NCBI GenBank assembly: GCA_965222225.1
Contig: CBDCTK010000002.1
Span: forward strand, 4,128,001-4,192,000
DNA length: 64,000 nucleotides
Reading direction: 5' to 3'
Origin: Candidatus Poribacteria bacterium
GTDB taxonomy: Bacteria; Poribacteria; WGA-4E; JAJDTR01
This document shows, one piece after another, positions 9,379 to 18,826 of the stretch. Positions within the stretch are counted from its first letter, which is position 1. Each line of letters opens with the position of its first letter. Made by a program: the position numbers and the translations under genes. The notes under the pieces were generated by a model. It worked only from the letters and a program-made list of their open reading frames with translations, was not told the origin of the DNA and did not search any database.

Positions 9379-10362
9379 ATGGCAATACTCTCAAGTAAAC
9401 TTCTGTTTTTCATGGGACTATGCACATCCTTGGTGAGTGGGGAGCTATTGGTGGGAACCGGATTTACCTCGCACCACAAACCACAGATTGCATTCACTTC
9501 TATAAAAGATAGGAATGCTGAAATCTATGTGATGGATGCCGATGGAGAAAACCAAATCAGGTTAACAAAACATGTGGCGAGTGACCGTCATCCCTCGTGG
9601 TCTCCCGATGGGGAGCGGATTGCATTCACTTCCAATAGAATTAGTATTGGCGGTGAAATGTACGTGATGGATAGCGATGGAAAGAATCTGATTAGGTTAA
9701 CAAATGGAGAATGGGACACAAATCCAGCGTGGTCTCCTGACGGAAAAAAGATCGCCTTCGAGTCCTCTCCAGCGAAAGGTAATTCTGAGATATACGTGAT
9801 GGATGCCGATGGAAGAAATCAGACCCGACTAACAGATAGTCCGAGGTATGACGGACACCCGTCATGGTCGCCCGACGGTCAAAGGATTGCATTCGTATCG
9901 CAAAGGGGTGGTTTCAGGATTCAAATCTACGTGATGGACAGCAACGGCGAGAATCAGACGAGATTAACACACGATGGCGGGAATAAGCGTGAGCCCTCAT
10001 GGTCTCCTGACGGGCAAAGCATCGCTTTCATGCTCAACAATTTTGCCTCGATTCAAATCTACGTGATGGATAGCGACGGCAAGAATCGGACAAGGTTAAC
10101 AGACGGAAGGCACGACTGGAGTCCAGCTTGGTCGCCGGACGGCGAGATGATTGCATACGAGTCGTGGATAGGGGAAGACTTCCTTAGCAAAATCCACTTG
10201 ATGACTGCCGACGGAATGTACCTCAAACAACTCAGCGACTTGCACGAACGTGGAGATTACGATCCTGACTGGTTTGATCCTGCATCGCTTGGTGTGACTT
10301 CCGTAGGCATCACAATTACAATCTGGGGCAGGATCAAGAGATTAGCGTTGAACCTCCAGTAA
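9379..10362 (+). CDS. TolB-like PD40 protein 5, now starting inside the IS1 end (original start 8568)
   Basis: WSPDG repeats and C-terminal ITIWGRIK. Removing the IS restores MRIKSI(N/S)KLLFFMG in frame from ATG 8568, which has RBS AAGGAGG. Confidence 0.85.
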   Translation: MAILSSKLLFFMGLCTSLVSGELLVGTGFTSHHKPQIAFTSIKDRNAEIYVMDADGENQIRLTKHVASDRHPSWSPDGERIAFTSNRISIGGEMYVMDSDGKNLIRLTNGEWDTNPAWSPDGKKIAFESSPAKGNSEIYVMDADGRNQTRLTDSPRYDGHPSWSPDGQRIAFVSQRGGFRIQIYVMDSNGENQTRLTHDGGNKREPSWSPDGQSIAFMLNNFASIQIYVMDSDGKNRTRLTDGRHDWSPAWSPDGEMIAYESWIGEDFLSKIHLMTADGMYLKQLSDLHERGDYDPDWFDPASLGVTSVGITITIWGRIKRLALNLQ

Positions 10363-10535
10363 ATCGCACATTTACTCGACGTATTGCATTGTTTGAAACT
10401 GATTTAATTCAAATGAAAAATGTGCTCATGCGGATTAGAACCGATTGGCTGCCAGATTTATAGCCATTTTACCATCATATTTACACATATTAAAGAGAGA
10501 AATTGTCGATTTGAAGATTGTTACGACAAGCCTAC

Positions 10536-10624
10536 TGTAGGGGATCAAAGGAGCGGATAGCGACTGCGATAGAGATCTTCTCCAGGCCGAGACTTCATAT
10601 CGCGAGCAGAACTCGCTCCTACAG
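10536..10624. repeat. GTAG-type REP doublet whose left arm is replaced by a GATCAA/GCGATAGAGATC unit
   Basis: Right arm tcgcgagcagaactcgctcctacag is intact. Left side reads tgtagg-ggatcaaaggagcggatagcgactgcgatagagatc. Confidence 0.65.
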
Positions 10625-10713
10625 AAGACGCGCAGTAAATTGCACTACTACAAACTGACCAACGTAAATCCTATATGTAAAATTCTTAGTTATAGCGACT
10701 ATAGTCGAAACCC

Positions 10714-11892
10714 CTAAACCGCTTTGCTTTCGAGCCAGTCCTTTGTCACCTCGATTCCGAATCCGGGCGCGTCGCTCGGCGTAAGGTAACCCCCTTTTAT
10801 GACGGGTGTCCCCGGTAAAACGACCTGTTCTTCGAGTGGCACTCCCGGCGGTGACACACCCTCCGAGCGCTCACCCCACTGTATGGCGGGCATTGCGTAC
10901 GAAACATGCTGCCCGTAAGGGTAATTCATGCCGGCATGGCTGATGACACTCAGACCGTGCGCTTCGGCGATGTGGCAAATCCGTACCAGCGCCGTGACGC
11001 CGCCGACCCACTGAATATCCGGCTGCAATATGTCGACCAATCCTTTCCCCGCCGCCAATGCGAATGGGTGAATAGTGTACCAATGTTCGCCGGTGGCGAG
11101 AATCTGCGACGGCACCCGCTCTCGCACTTTGAAGTAGCTGTCCAAATCTTCCGGCAGCAGGTAGTCTTCGAGCCACTTCAGGCGGTATGGTTTCAACGCT
11201 TCGACGAGCCTCACGACGTATTCCACATTAAACGACATCCACGCATCCAGCATGAGTTCAACATCATCGCCTATCTGCTCCCGAGTCCTTGCAACCAACT
11301 CTTCCGTCGCTCGGATTCCTTCGATTCCCGATTCAGGCCCATGTCGCGCGAAAAGTTTGACGGCTTTAAATCCCAGTTCCAAGAACCACGCGATACTATT
11401 CTCCGTACCGTATGATATATCCGTATTGCTGGCGTAGCAGAATATTTTGTCCTTTTGGGGTCCGCCGAGAAGTTCGTAGACAGGGCGCTTGAGTAATTTG
11501 CCTTTCAGGTCCCATAAGGCGTTGTCCACGGCGCTGATAGCGTAGCTAGCCAACCCCGCGCTATGGTACGGCGCAGAACCTCGACGCATCAAATCCCATA
11601 TTTTCTCGGTGGCAACACAGTTTTGGCCGGTAAGCAAAGGAGCAAGTTGGTCGTTTATGATGCTGAGTACCGGGCCGCTATTCGTTGTCATTCCCAGTCC
11701 CCAGGTTCCGTCCTCGGCAGTCACAACGCAGGCGAGGCGCGTCCAATCGGCTGTCCAATCACTTCTCTTGAATTCGGAGTATCGCGCCATCGGACTGGTG
11801 AACCCGTCGGTCTCAACGCGGGGAACACGAGGTTCGGTCTTGGACTCGGGGGTAAGGTTAACTGCAACAGCACGAATATCTTTTATCTTCAC
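10714..11892 (-). CDS. Mandelate racemase/enolase-superfamily sugar-acid dehydratase (L-rhamnonate dehydratase-like)
   Basis: AISAVDNALWDLKGK...PVYELLGG, KxK-like FKAVKL, LMLDAW, WLED, TGEH and LQPD. Likely GTG start at 11892 after AAAGGAG. Confidence 0.85.
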   Translation of the reverse strand: MKIKDIRAVAVNLTPESKTEPRVPRVETDGFTSPMARYSEFKRSDWTADWTRLACVVTAEDGTWGLGMTTNSGPVLSIINDQLAPLLTGQNCVATEKIWDLMRRGSAPYHSAGLASYAISAVDNALWDLKGKLLKRPVYELLGGPQKDKIFCYASNTDISYGTENSIAWFLELGFKAVKLFARHGPESGIEGIRATEELVARTREQIGDDVELMLDAWMSFNVEYVVRLVEALKPYRLKWLEDYLLPEDLDSYFKVRERVPSQILATGEHWYTIHPFALAAGKGLVDILQPDIQWVGGVTALVRICHIAEAHGLSVISHAGMNYPYGQHVSYAMPAIQWGERSEGVSPPGVPLEEQVVLPGTPVIKGGYLTPSDAPGFGIEVTKDWLESKAV

Positions 11893-12167
11893 TTCTGTTG
11901 CTCCTTTATGAATGGAGAATGGCAACGTTAGCAATCGCCGGTCTGCAAATCGATTGTCACAAGGTATCTCCCTTGCGCCTAGAATCTATACGCGCATTGG
12001 ATGCGGAAAATCATTATAACACGTCGTTGGACCAGAATCCAACACCGAACCTTTGGTCCCTGAAAGTTGCACCTAGTTTCGGAGAAGTAAGAGTTAATAC
12101 CATCTGGTACTGACCAAAGTGACAAAGAACTAAGCGATAATGCCGGTGGCTGTGCCGTTTTTTGCTG

Positions 12168-12195
12168 TTGACACCCCTAAGCAAATTGGTATAAT
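12168..12195 (+). promoter_or_regulatory. sigma70-type promoter
   Basis: TTGACA-16 nt-TATAAT upstream of the Gfo/Idh/MocA gene. Confidence 0.7.
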
Positions 12196-12246
12196 TGGAT
12201 TGACGATTTGTTAGTTCCCAATTCCCCAGAACCGCGTAATAAGAGT

Positions 12247-13353
12247 ATGCCAATGGAAATGAAATTTAACGTCGGAATTGTCGGAGCCCGTCGAGGCACT
12301 GGGCACATTCTACCGTTTAGCACGATTACTGAAACGGAGGTGGCTGCGCTCTGTGATTTGAATGAGGAAACACTTCACACCGTCGCGACAGCGCACGGCA
12401 TAGCCAAACAATTCACGGACTATGAGAAGCTACTTGAGGACGACGATATACAGATTGTGGTGTTGGCGACTCCCGAAAATCTCCACGTCCCACAGACCAT
12501 CGCGGCGTTAAACGCGGGAAAGCATGTAATCAGTGAAGTAACGGCAGCGGTATCGCTCGATCAGTGTGCGGAATTGGTTCGGGCGGTCAGACAGAGCCGC
12601 ACGAAATATATGATGGCTGAGAATTACTGCTACCTCAAATCAAATGTGTTGATTGGCAACATGGTGCGGCAGGGGATGTTCGGGGAAATATATTTTGGCG
12701 AAGGGGAATACCTCCATAGTATCAAATCGCTTCATCACGATAGCGAAGGCAATCCAACGTGGCGCTACTACTGGCAAGTGGGCGTGAATCGTTGTAACTA
12801 CGCGACACACCACCTCGGTCCTGTGCTGCAATGGTTTAACGAACGGGTCGTAAGCGTTTGTTGCTTGGGAACCGGTGTGCACACCGACCCTGAACACACA
12901 ATGGAAGATACAGTGATGATGCTATGCAAGACGGATAGCGGCGCACTCATTAAGATCCGAGTAGATATGTTATCCAACCGTCCTGCCAACTCGTACTACA
13001 GTCTTCAAGGCACAAAAGGCTGTTATGAAGGCACACGGGGCCTTGGAGATCAGCCGAAAATTTGGTTAGAAGAGTCAGGTCGTGGTGATGAGTGGATGCC
13101 GCTTTCAGCGGTTGAGGAAGAATTCCTGCCCGAGCGATGGAAAAACCCGCCTCAAGAAGCCGCACATCTAACCGATGGACTCGGCGATTACTTCGAGCTA
13201 CGGGACTTTGTGGATTGCATCCTCAAGGACACTGAACCGCCGCTGGATGTCTATACGGCGCTGGATTTTACGGTTCCGGGCTTGGTCTCTGAGCAGTCGA
13301 TTGCCAATGGTGGCGCTCCGGTTGAAGTTCCTGACTTCCGAAACATGGACTGA
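12247..13353 (+). CDS. Gfo/Idh/MocA-family oxidoreductase
   Basis: VGIVGA Rossmann start, LATPENLH, GKHVISEV and MMAENYCY. Exact start uncertain. Confidence 0.88.
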   Translation: MPMEMKFNVGIVGARRGTGHILPFSTITETEVAALCDLNEETLHTVATAHGIAKQFTDYEKLLEDDDIQIVVLATPENLHVPQTIAALNAGKHVISEVTAAVSLDQCAELVRAVRQSRTKYMMAENYCYLKSNVLIGNMVRQGMFGEIYFGEGEYLHSIKSLHHDSEGNPTWRYYWQVGVNRCNYATHHLGPVLQWFNERVVSVCCLGTGVHTDPEHTMEDTVMMLCKTDSGALIKIRVDMLSNRPANSYYSLQGTKGCYEGTRGLGDQPKIWLEESGRGDEWMPLSAVEEEFLPERWKNPPQEAAHLTDGLGDYFELRDFVDCILKDTEPPLDVYTALDFTVPGLVSEQSIANGGAPVEVPDFRNMD

Positions 13354-13640
13354 CTTCAGCCGGAGCCCATTCATGGTAGTCGTATTTGATATTCAGAGTT
13401 CCTACCCATAAAGGTGGCCTATCGCCCACCATGTCTATTAAGGCACGCTTCAGACGGCAAAACACACGGATTTAAACCAGGAATCCGAGACAACAAAACC
13501 GTTTGTTCACTGACGAAAGTATGGAAATGAATCTCCACGAAATGAAATGCAAAGCCCTGCGGGAAGAAATGAAAAGGCGTGGACTGAAGGGATATTAATC
13601 GTTAAATAAAGCCCAACTCATCCAATATATTTCAACCGGC

Positions 13641-14510
13641 GTGCACCCGATTCGGCACGTTGCCGAATCTAGTGTGCGGTCGAATAAAAAGGTACAGACA
13701 GTTATTCCAAGAGTTGAGAATCATTCACCTATATCTCCGGCAGCCACGCAGAATGGTTTTCCCATAAACCAAATCTTAGCCGGTGATTGTCTAAATGTAC
13801 TTCCTTCCCTTGCTAGCAATGTTTTTGATTGTTGTATCGCCGATCCCCCGTTCAATATGTCACAAAAAAAAGGATTGGGCTGGGCGTTCAGTTCCCATAT
13901 TACGATGCAGGAAGGGTGGGATATCTTCTCAAAAGACGAATATTCCCAGTTCACACTCGATTGGGTCTCCGAGGTTCTGAGAGTCGTCAAGCCGAACGGG
14001 AATATCTTTGTTTTCGGATCGTTTCACAGTATTTTTACGTTAGGATTTATCCTTCAGAACATATTTGATCGGCGCATTATCACCCAGATTGTATGGTATA
14101 AGCCGAATGCACAGCCCAATATCACCTGTCGCATGTTTACGGAATCAACTGAATTCATTATTTGGGCAGTTAACAATGAGCGTAAAAAGGCAAAAAACTG
14201 GACATTCAATTATCATGAGATGAAGGCGATGAATAATAACAAACAGATGCGAAACATGTGGGAAATCCCGCTGACGAAGCCGTCTGAACGAAAATACGGA
14301 AAACATCCTTCACAGAAACCGCTAGCAGTGGTTGAACGGCTAATTTTGGCGGGCACGAACGAAGACGACCTGATTCTAGATCCGTTTTCCGGAACCGGAA
14401 CAACCGGAATTGGTGCACAAAAGAACAATCGAAAATGGGTGATGATTGAGAAAGAAGAATTCTATAATCAGATTGCTCGACGGCGACTTGAAGAGTTAGC
14501 CGGCGAATAA
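13641..14510 (+). CDS. Beta-class N6-adenine/N4-cytosine DNA methyltransferase (DpnA/HinfI-like)
   Basis: Motif IV DPPF is N-terminal, followed by HPSQKP and motif I LDPFSGTGTT. An in-frame upstream extension from ATG 13521 is broken by TAA at 13596. Confidence 0.9.
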   Translation: MHPIRHVAESSVRSNKKVQTVIPRVENHSPISPAATQNGFPINQILAGDCLNVLPSLASNVFDCCIADPPFNMSQKKGLGWAFSSHITMQEGWDIFSKDEYSQFTLDWVSEVLRVVKPNGNIFVFGSFHSIFTLGFILQNIFDRRIITQIVWYKPNAQPNITCRMFTESTEFIIWAVNNERKKAKNWTFNYHEMKAMNNNKQMRNMWEIPLTKPSERKYGKHPSQKPLAVVERLILAGTNEDDLILDPFSGTGTTGIGAQKNNRKWVMIEKEEFYNQIARRRLEELAGE

Positions 14511-14537
14511 TGAGTGTTCATTATAGAGGAGTTTGAC

Positions 14538-15149
14538 ATGCAAAGGCAGGAAGCACTCTCGAAACTGTCAGAGCTTATCAACCAAGACCTGCGTTTTCTT
14601 GCGAATCAATATGAAGTAACGGTTTTCAAGGGAGACAAACCAAATAAGGGTTGGGCATGGCACGTTCTTGAGCGTCATCTTAACTTACCAATCAACTCTG
14701 CTCAAGCACCAAACTTTGGTTCTTGGGAATTGAAGGTAGTTCCTCCGAAGTATCTAAAAAGTGGAAAGTTGACAATCAAGGAAACAATGGCAATTACGAT
14801 GATTGATGCCTACAATGTTGAACATACCGATTTCCAAGATAGCCATCTGTTCACCAAACTCAGGAAACTAATAGTTGCTGCCAGAATCTGGGAGAGTCAG
14901 CAGGAAGAACGATCTGTGCTTCATATTGTGACAACCTTTGACCTTGACAATCCCAAGATATACAGTCAAATTAAAGCGGATTATGATTTAGTCAGAGAGA
15001 CAATCCGCACGAAAGGTTTTTCGGCTTTGACCGGAAAAATGGGGGTATATATTCAACCAAGGACAAAGGGGCCTGGACATGGTAGTATGTCACGAGCGTT
15101 TTACGCAAGAACCACCTTCCTTAAGCAGTTCATTTTTCCGTCGCTTTGA
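14538..15149 (+). CDS. MutH/Sau3AI/MvaI-like restriction endonuclease
   Basis: NKGW...LERHL..PINS..APNFGSWELK (PD-(D/E)xK-like) and C-terminal YIQPRTKG.GH...RAFYA. ATG 14538 follows GAGGAG. Confidence 0.8.
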   Translation: MQRQEALSKLSELINQDLRFLANQYEVTVFKGDKPNKGWAWHVLERHLNLPINSAQAPNFGSWELKVVPPKYLKSGKLTIKETMAITMIDAYNVEHTDFQDSHLFTKLRKLIVAARIWESQQEERSVLHIVTTFDLDNPKIYSQIKADYDLVRETIRTKGFSALTGKMGVYIQPRTKGPGHGSMSRAFYARTTFLKQFIFPSL

Positions 15150-15263
15150 AGACATAAAATCCGCGCAAAAACAGATGCGTTGAATTGACAATTAGAACAT
15201 ATTCCGTTTTGAATCACGAGGAATCGCCAACCCTACCAACAGACCGGCGACAAACACTGTACG

Positions 15264-17222
15264 ATGGACACAAAACCAACCTTCCAGACCATTACCCAGA
15301 GTAAAACTTCAACTCCAGTAGATCCTGTAGTAGCGGCGGAGGTTGGTCTAGAGAGGGGCAAAATCGGCAAACTGCATCTGGAGCGGAATGGCGCAGCCAT
15401 CCCACCCTTGTCAACACCGATTTTGTACCCCGTAGTTTCATTCATGACCGGTTCGACGCCGCGCGGCGGGGGTTTGTGGAAGTACCTACTTCGAGATTTC
15501 ATGAAGAACGATGTGCCGATGTTGTCGCAAGTCCTGCACTTTCTGGATTTCCCTATCAACGGTAAGAGTTTGGCGAAATGGCGAAGTAAAACCGTTCGTG
15601 AGTGGTATCGTGAGGTCAATGGACCATACGAAGCGCCGCTCCTGCTCGATTCCGGCGGATTCAAACTGCTTTATAACACGGGGCTAGATCTCTCTGAGTT
15701 CGGCATTAACGCAGAAACGGAAGCGGATGATATACTCGCACTCCAGGACGACATGGGTGGGGACATGATTGCTTCTCTGGACTACCCGCTTCCACCGGGG
15801 CTGGATCGATCGGAAGCCGAAAGGCGGATGAACCGCAGCCTGAAAAATGCCTTTAGGGTAGCGGAATGCATCGCCGATCGCCGTAACCCGCCATATCTGT
15901 ACATCTGTTGTCATGGACAATCCCGGGTTGACATTGAAGAGTACGTCCAGAAGGTTTTTGACAGGCTTCTGGGAGTCTTACCATCGTTTGGACTTGCGGT
16001 TGGCTCTCTCGTACCGCTGCGAGGAAAAAAGGATTCGGAAGTATTGGAGCGGATATTGGGAGTGGTAAACGGAATACCGGAATCGGAGCGACATCGGACG
16101 CCGATTCACGCCTTCGGCGTTTCAGGTGAACTTGCCCCCATACTCGCTTACATGGGAATTGATAGCTTTGACAGCACAAGTTACATTCAAGCTGCTCGCG
16201 GCCTCAACTATTCCCATCCCGAAACGCGGCGGAAGCAGAAAATTATGGAGTTAGACGAAACGGTGTGCACTTGCCGCATCTGCCGCGAGGTGTCGCTTGA
16301 TGAAATGCACCTTGCCCTGTCGGATGCAGTAAGTTATAGGAAGACTTCAACCGGGAAGTACAAGAGCGAATACTATGCCGCCATCGCTTTGCACAACTTT
16401 GAGATGGAAGCGGGGTTACTTTCCCGTATGAAAGAAGCTATTGAGAGCGAAGACTCGCTTGAAGAGTTGGTTCGTCACGCGCAGGTAGGACGAGGCATCA
16501 ATAGAGCAGTAGGCTGGCTGCTTGAGAATGATGAGATTTTTGCCAGTAAGATGGCGAAAACTGTCTTTGAGGCCACCGATTCACGGGGCAAATCCGCCCT
16601 TCCAATTGGGCGGAATCCGTATCAACTCGAACTCTTCACGGGATCCTTGACAGCGGAAGGAAATGGCGAGGAATCGCGATCAATCTCGCTCAATTATACA
16701 CCTGATTCCTTTTCCATTCCCGATGATTATGCTCCCCCTAAGGACAAAGACGTACTGCTGGTTATTCCGTGTGCCGGGAAAAAGCCGTATTCACTGTCGC
16801 GCACACACGCTATTGTCAATACCAAACTTCAGACGGCCTTCGGTGAAGCGGGAACTTCCATCCACAGAATTACCCTTTCGGGACTTTACGGACCCGTGCC
16901 GGAGGAATATGAATCTGAAGAAGCTGTCCTCCGATACGATTTTCAGTTGTCACCGAGAAATACCGCGAAAATACAGCTCGGTGCGGATCGGCTCTGCGCC
17001 TATCTGGAGAAGTATGCCAATCACTACAAGCTGATTGTCGGATACGCGACAAGCCAAGCTTATCGCAAAGTGTTTGAACTCACCCGATCCAGACGGTCAG
17101 ACTTTGTTTTGCTGCCGACGAAACCGAAACAGAATCGACTCACCGAGTTTTTCCGGCACGTTCACCTTGATGAACTCGTTGAGGTTTTGTCAACTGTAGC
17201 GCAACCACTGAGCAAAGAATAA
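15264..17222 (+). CDS. tRNA-guanine transglycosylase-fold protein fused to a DUF5591 (ArcS/YaaA-like) domain
   Basis: TGT motifs LLDSGGF, LDYP, AVGSLV, HAFG, DSFDS and the Zn site CTCRIC...HN. C-terminal VIPCAGKKPYSLSRTH...LSGLYGPVPEE...YDF. Confidence 0.82.
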   Translation: MDTKPTFQTITQSKTSTPVDPVVAAEVGLERGKIGKLHLERNGAAIPPLSTPILYPVVSFMTGSTPRGGGLWKYLLRDFMKNDVPMLSQVLHFLDFPINGKSLAKWRSKTVREWYREVNGPYEAPLLLDSGGFKLLYNTGLDLSEFGINAETEADDILALQDDMGGDMIASLDYPLPPGLDRSEAERRMNRSLKNAFRVAECIADRRNPPYLYICCHGQSRVDIEEYVQKVFDRLLGVLPSFGLAVGSLVPLRGKKDSEVLERILGVVNGIPESERHRTPIHAFGVSGELAPILAYMGIDSFDSTSYIQAARGLNYSHPETRRKQKIMELDETVCTCRICREVSLDEMHLALSDAVSYRKTSTGKYKSEYYAAIALHNFEMEAGLLSRMKEAIESEDSLEELVRHAQVGRGINRAVGWLLENDEIFASKMAKTVFEATDSRGKSALPIGRNPYQLELFTGSLTAEGNGEESRSISLNYTPDSFSIPDDYAPPKDKDVLLVIPCAGKKPYSLSRTHAIVNTKLQTAFGEAGTSIHRITLSGLYGPVPEEYESEEAVLRYDFQLSPRNTAKIQLGADRLCAYLEKYANHYKLIVGYATSQAYRKVFELTRSRRSDFVLLPTKPKQNRLTEFFRHVHLDELVEVLSTVAQPLSKE

Positions 17223-17228
17223 GTTGAT

Positions 17229-17723
17229 ATGTACCAATATCGAATGGCGAAAACAGACGATTTGAAGCGAATTGTGGAAATCGAGATGCGATCGGAGATC
17301 CAATCCAATCCATCTTGTCGAGAGAAGCATCAGATTGGCTTCGATACTCGCTACCGTTGGTGGACCGATTATTTTAATCGCACCAGCCACACCGAAACGA
17401 TCAGTGTTCATCGGACGATATACGTTGCTATGATTAAGCTGAATATTGTCGGATACATCGCCGGACATCTGACCTCTCAACCCGATCCGCAAGGCGAGAT
17501 TCAGTCGATGAACGTCCTGAAACCGCAGTGGGGAAAAGGAGCGGGAGTAAACCTGCTTAGGAATCTGGCAAGGTGGTTCAAGAAGCAAGGCGTCGCGTCC
17601 GTCTGTGTGCATGTGCCAGAGCATAGCCCATATAAGGAATTCTATGCCCAACACGGTGCTACGGCTGTGAATGACTCCCTTTGTCGGTGGGATAACATCG
17701 GCGAGGTGACAGAAGAATCGTAA
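17229..17723 (+). CDS. GNAT-family N-acetyltransferase
   Basis: IVGYIAG...GEIQSMNV...QWGKGAGVNLL (motif A) ...FYAQHGA. Confidence 0.8.
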   Translation: MYQYRMAKTDDLKRIVEIEMRSEIQSNPSCREKHQIGFDTRYRWWTDYFNRTSHTETISVHRTIYVAMIKLNIVGYIAGHLTSQPDPQGEIQSMNVLKPQWGKGAGVNLLRNLARWFKKQGVASVCVHVPEHSPYKEFYAQHGATAVNDSLCRWDNIGEVTEES

Positions 17724-17739
17724 CACCCATAACGAGATA

Positions 17740-18798
17740 ATGAGTAGCCCTTGGTTAATCTCTCAAAAAGCCGATCTAAGCTTTTTTTTCTTGCCCCTAA
17801 TCGTTATTTGGGTGGTAATATTCCTGTTGCCGTCTTCCGTCCTTGACCACGATTTGCCCTTGTGGGCATGGGCAGTATTCATCCTGGGATTTGATGTAAG
17901 CCATGTTTGGAGCACGTTGTTCCGAACCTACATCGACAAGGATGAAACCGAGAGGTTGGGACGAAAGGCGTGGTCGATCCCGCTCCTCTCTTTTCTTGCC
18001 GTTTTCGTCGTATGCTCATTGTCGATTGACGTGTTTTGGCGATTATTGGCATATCTCGCTGTTTCTCATTTCGCGAAACAGCAGTTCGGTTTTCTCGCTC
18101 TTTACCGAATCAGACAGGGAAGAATTAGCAAACGTATTCCGGACAAACTAGCAATTTACCTAGCGGTTCTTTATCCTGTCGTCTACTGGCATTTGGCTCA
18201 AGACAGGTCATTTGAATGGTTTGTGTCGGGCGATTTCGTGTTTCTTAAGCACTTCCAACTACCGCATCAAAAACTAATCATTACCAATGTATTGTACTGG
18301 ACGATCTTGGCAGGTTGGTTAATAGAGGAATGCATTACTTCTGTCAAACAGGTCGGCAAGATAGCTTATGGCAAAATCGCTTGGGTATTGGTCACCGCGT
18401 TCAACTGGTATTTCGGGATTGTACACTTCAACTCCGACATTGTTTTCTCCGTTACCAACGTAGTTGCGCACGGTCTACCGTATATGACATTGGTTGTTTG
18501 GTATAACATAAGGAAAAACGCGAGTTTGAATCAATCTGTGCCGATATTCCAAATGATTTTCACCGTTGTATTTGGAGCTATATTGTTGGCATATATTGAG
18601 GAGTTTGGCTGGGATATGCTGCTATTTAGAGAGAGAGGCGAGTTATTTCCGGCTTATTTCATCGGTCTCTTTGAAGGTTCACTGGCGATTGCTTTTGCGT
18701 ATGCGCTACTGGCTTTGCCACAAATCACTCATTACATTCTTGATGGAATCATCTGGAAAAACAGCGCATCAAATCCTCACGTGAAACAGATGCTGTAG
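17740..18798 (+). CDS. Multi-pass membrane protein with conserved His motifs
   Basis: About 9-10 hydrophobic segments, with DVSHVWST, HFAKQQFG, AHGLPY and THYILDG.IW. Confidence 0.75.
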   Translation: MSSPWLISQKADLSFFFLPLIVIWVVIFLLPSSVLDHDLPLWAWAVFILGFDVSHVWSTLFRTYIDKDETERLGRKAWSIPLLSFLAVFVVCSLSIDVFWRLLAYLAVSHFAKQQFGFLALYRIRQGRISKRIPDKLAIYLAVLYPVVYWHLAQDRSFEWFVSGDFVFLKHFQLPHQKLIITNVLYWTILAGWLIEECITSVKQVGKIAYGKIAWVLVTAFNWYFGIVHFNSDIVFSVTNVVAHGLPYMTLVVWYNIRKNASLNQSVPIFQMIFTVVFGAILLAYIEEFGWDMLLFRERGELFPAYFIGLFEGSLAIAFAYALLALPQITHYILDGIIWKNSASNPHVKQML

Positions 18799-18826
18799 GC
18801 CGGTGCGAAGGAGAAAGAAGCACATT

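Larger units (their letters stand above)
8593..9392 (-). mobile_element. IS1-family insertion sequence (800 bp)
   Basis: Terminal inverted repeat GAGAGTATT...AATACTCTC, an imperfect 8-bp target duplication aaataaac (8585-8592) / aagtaaac (9393-9400), and InsA/InsB ORFs inside. Confidence 0.88.
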
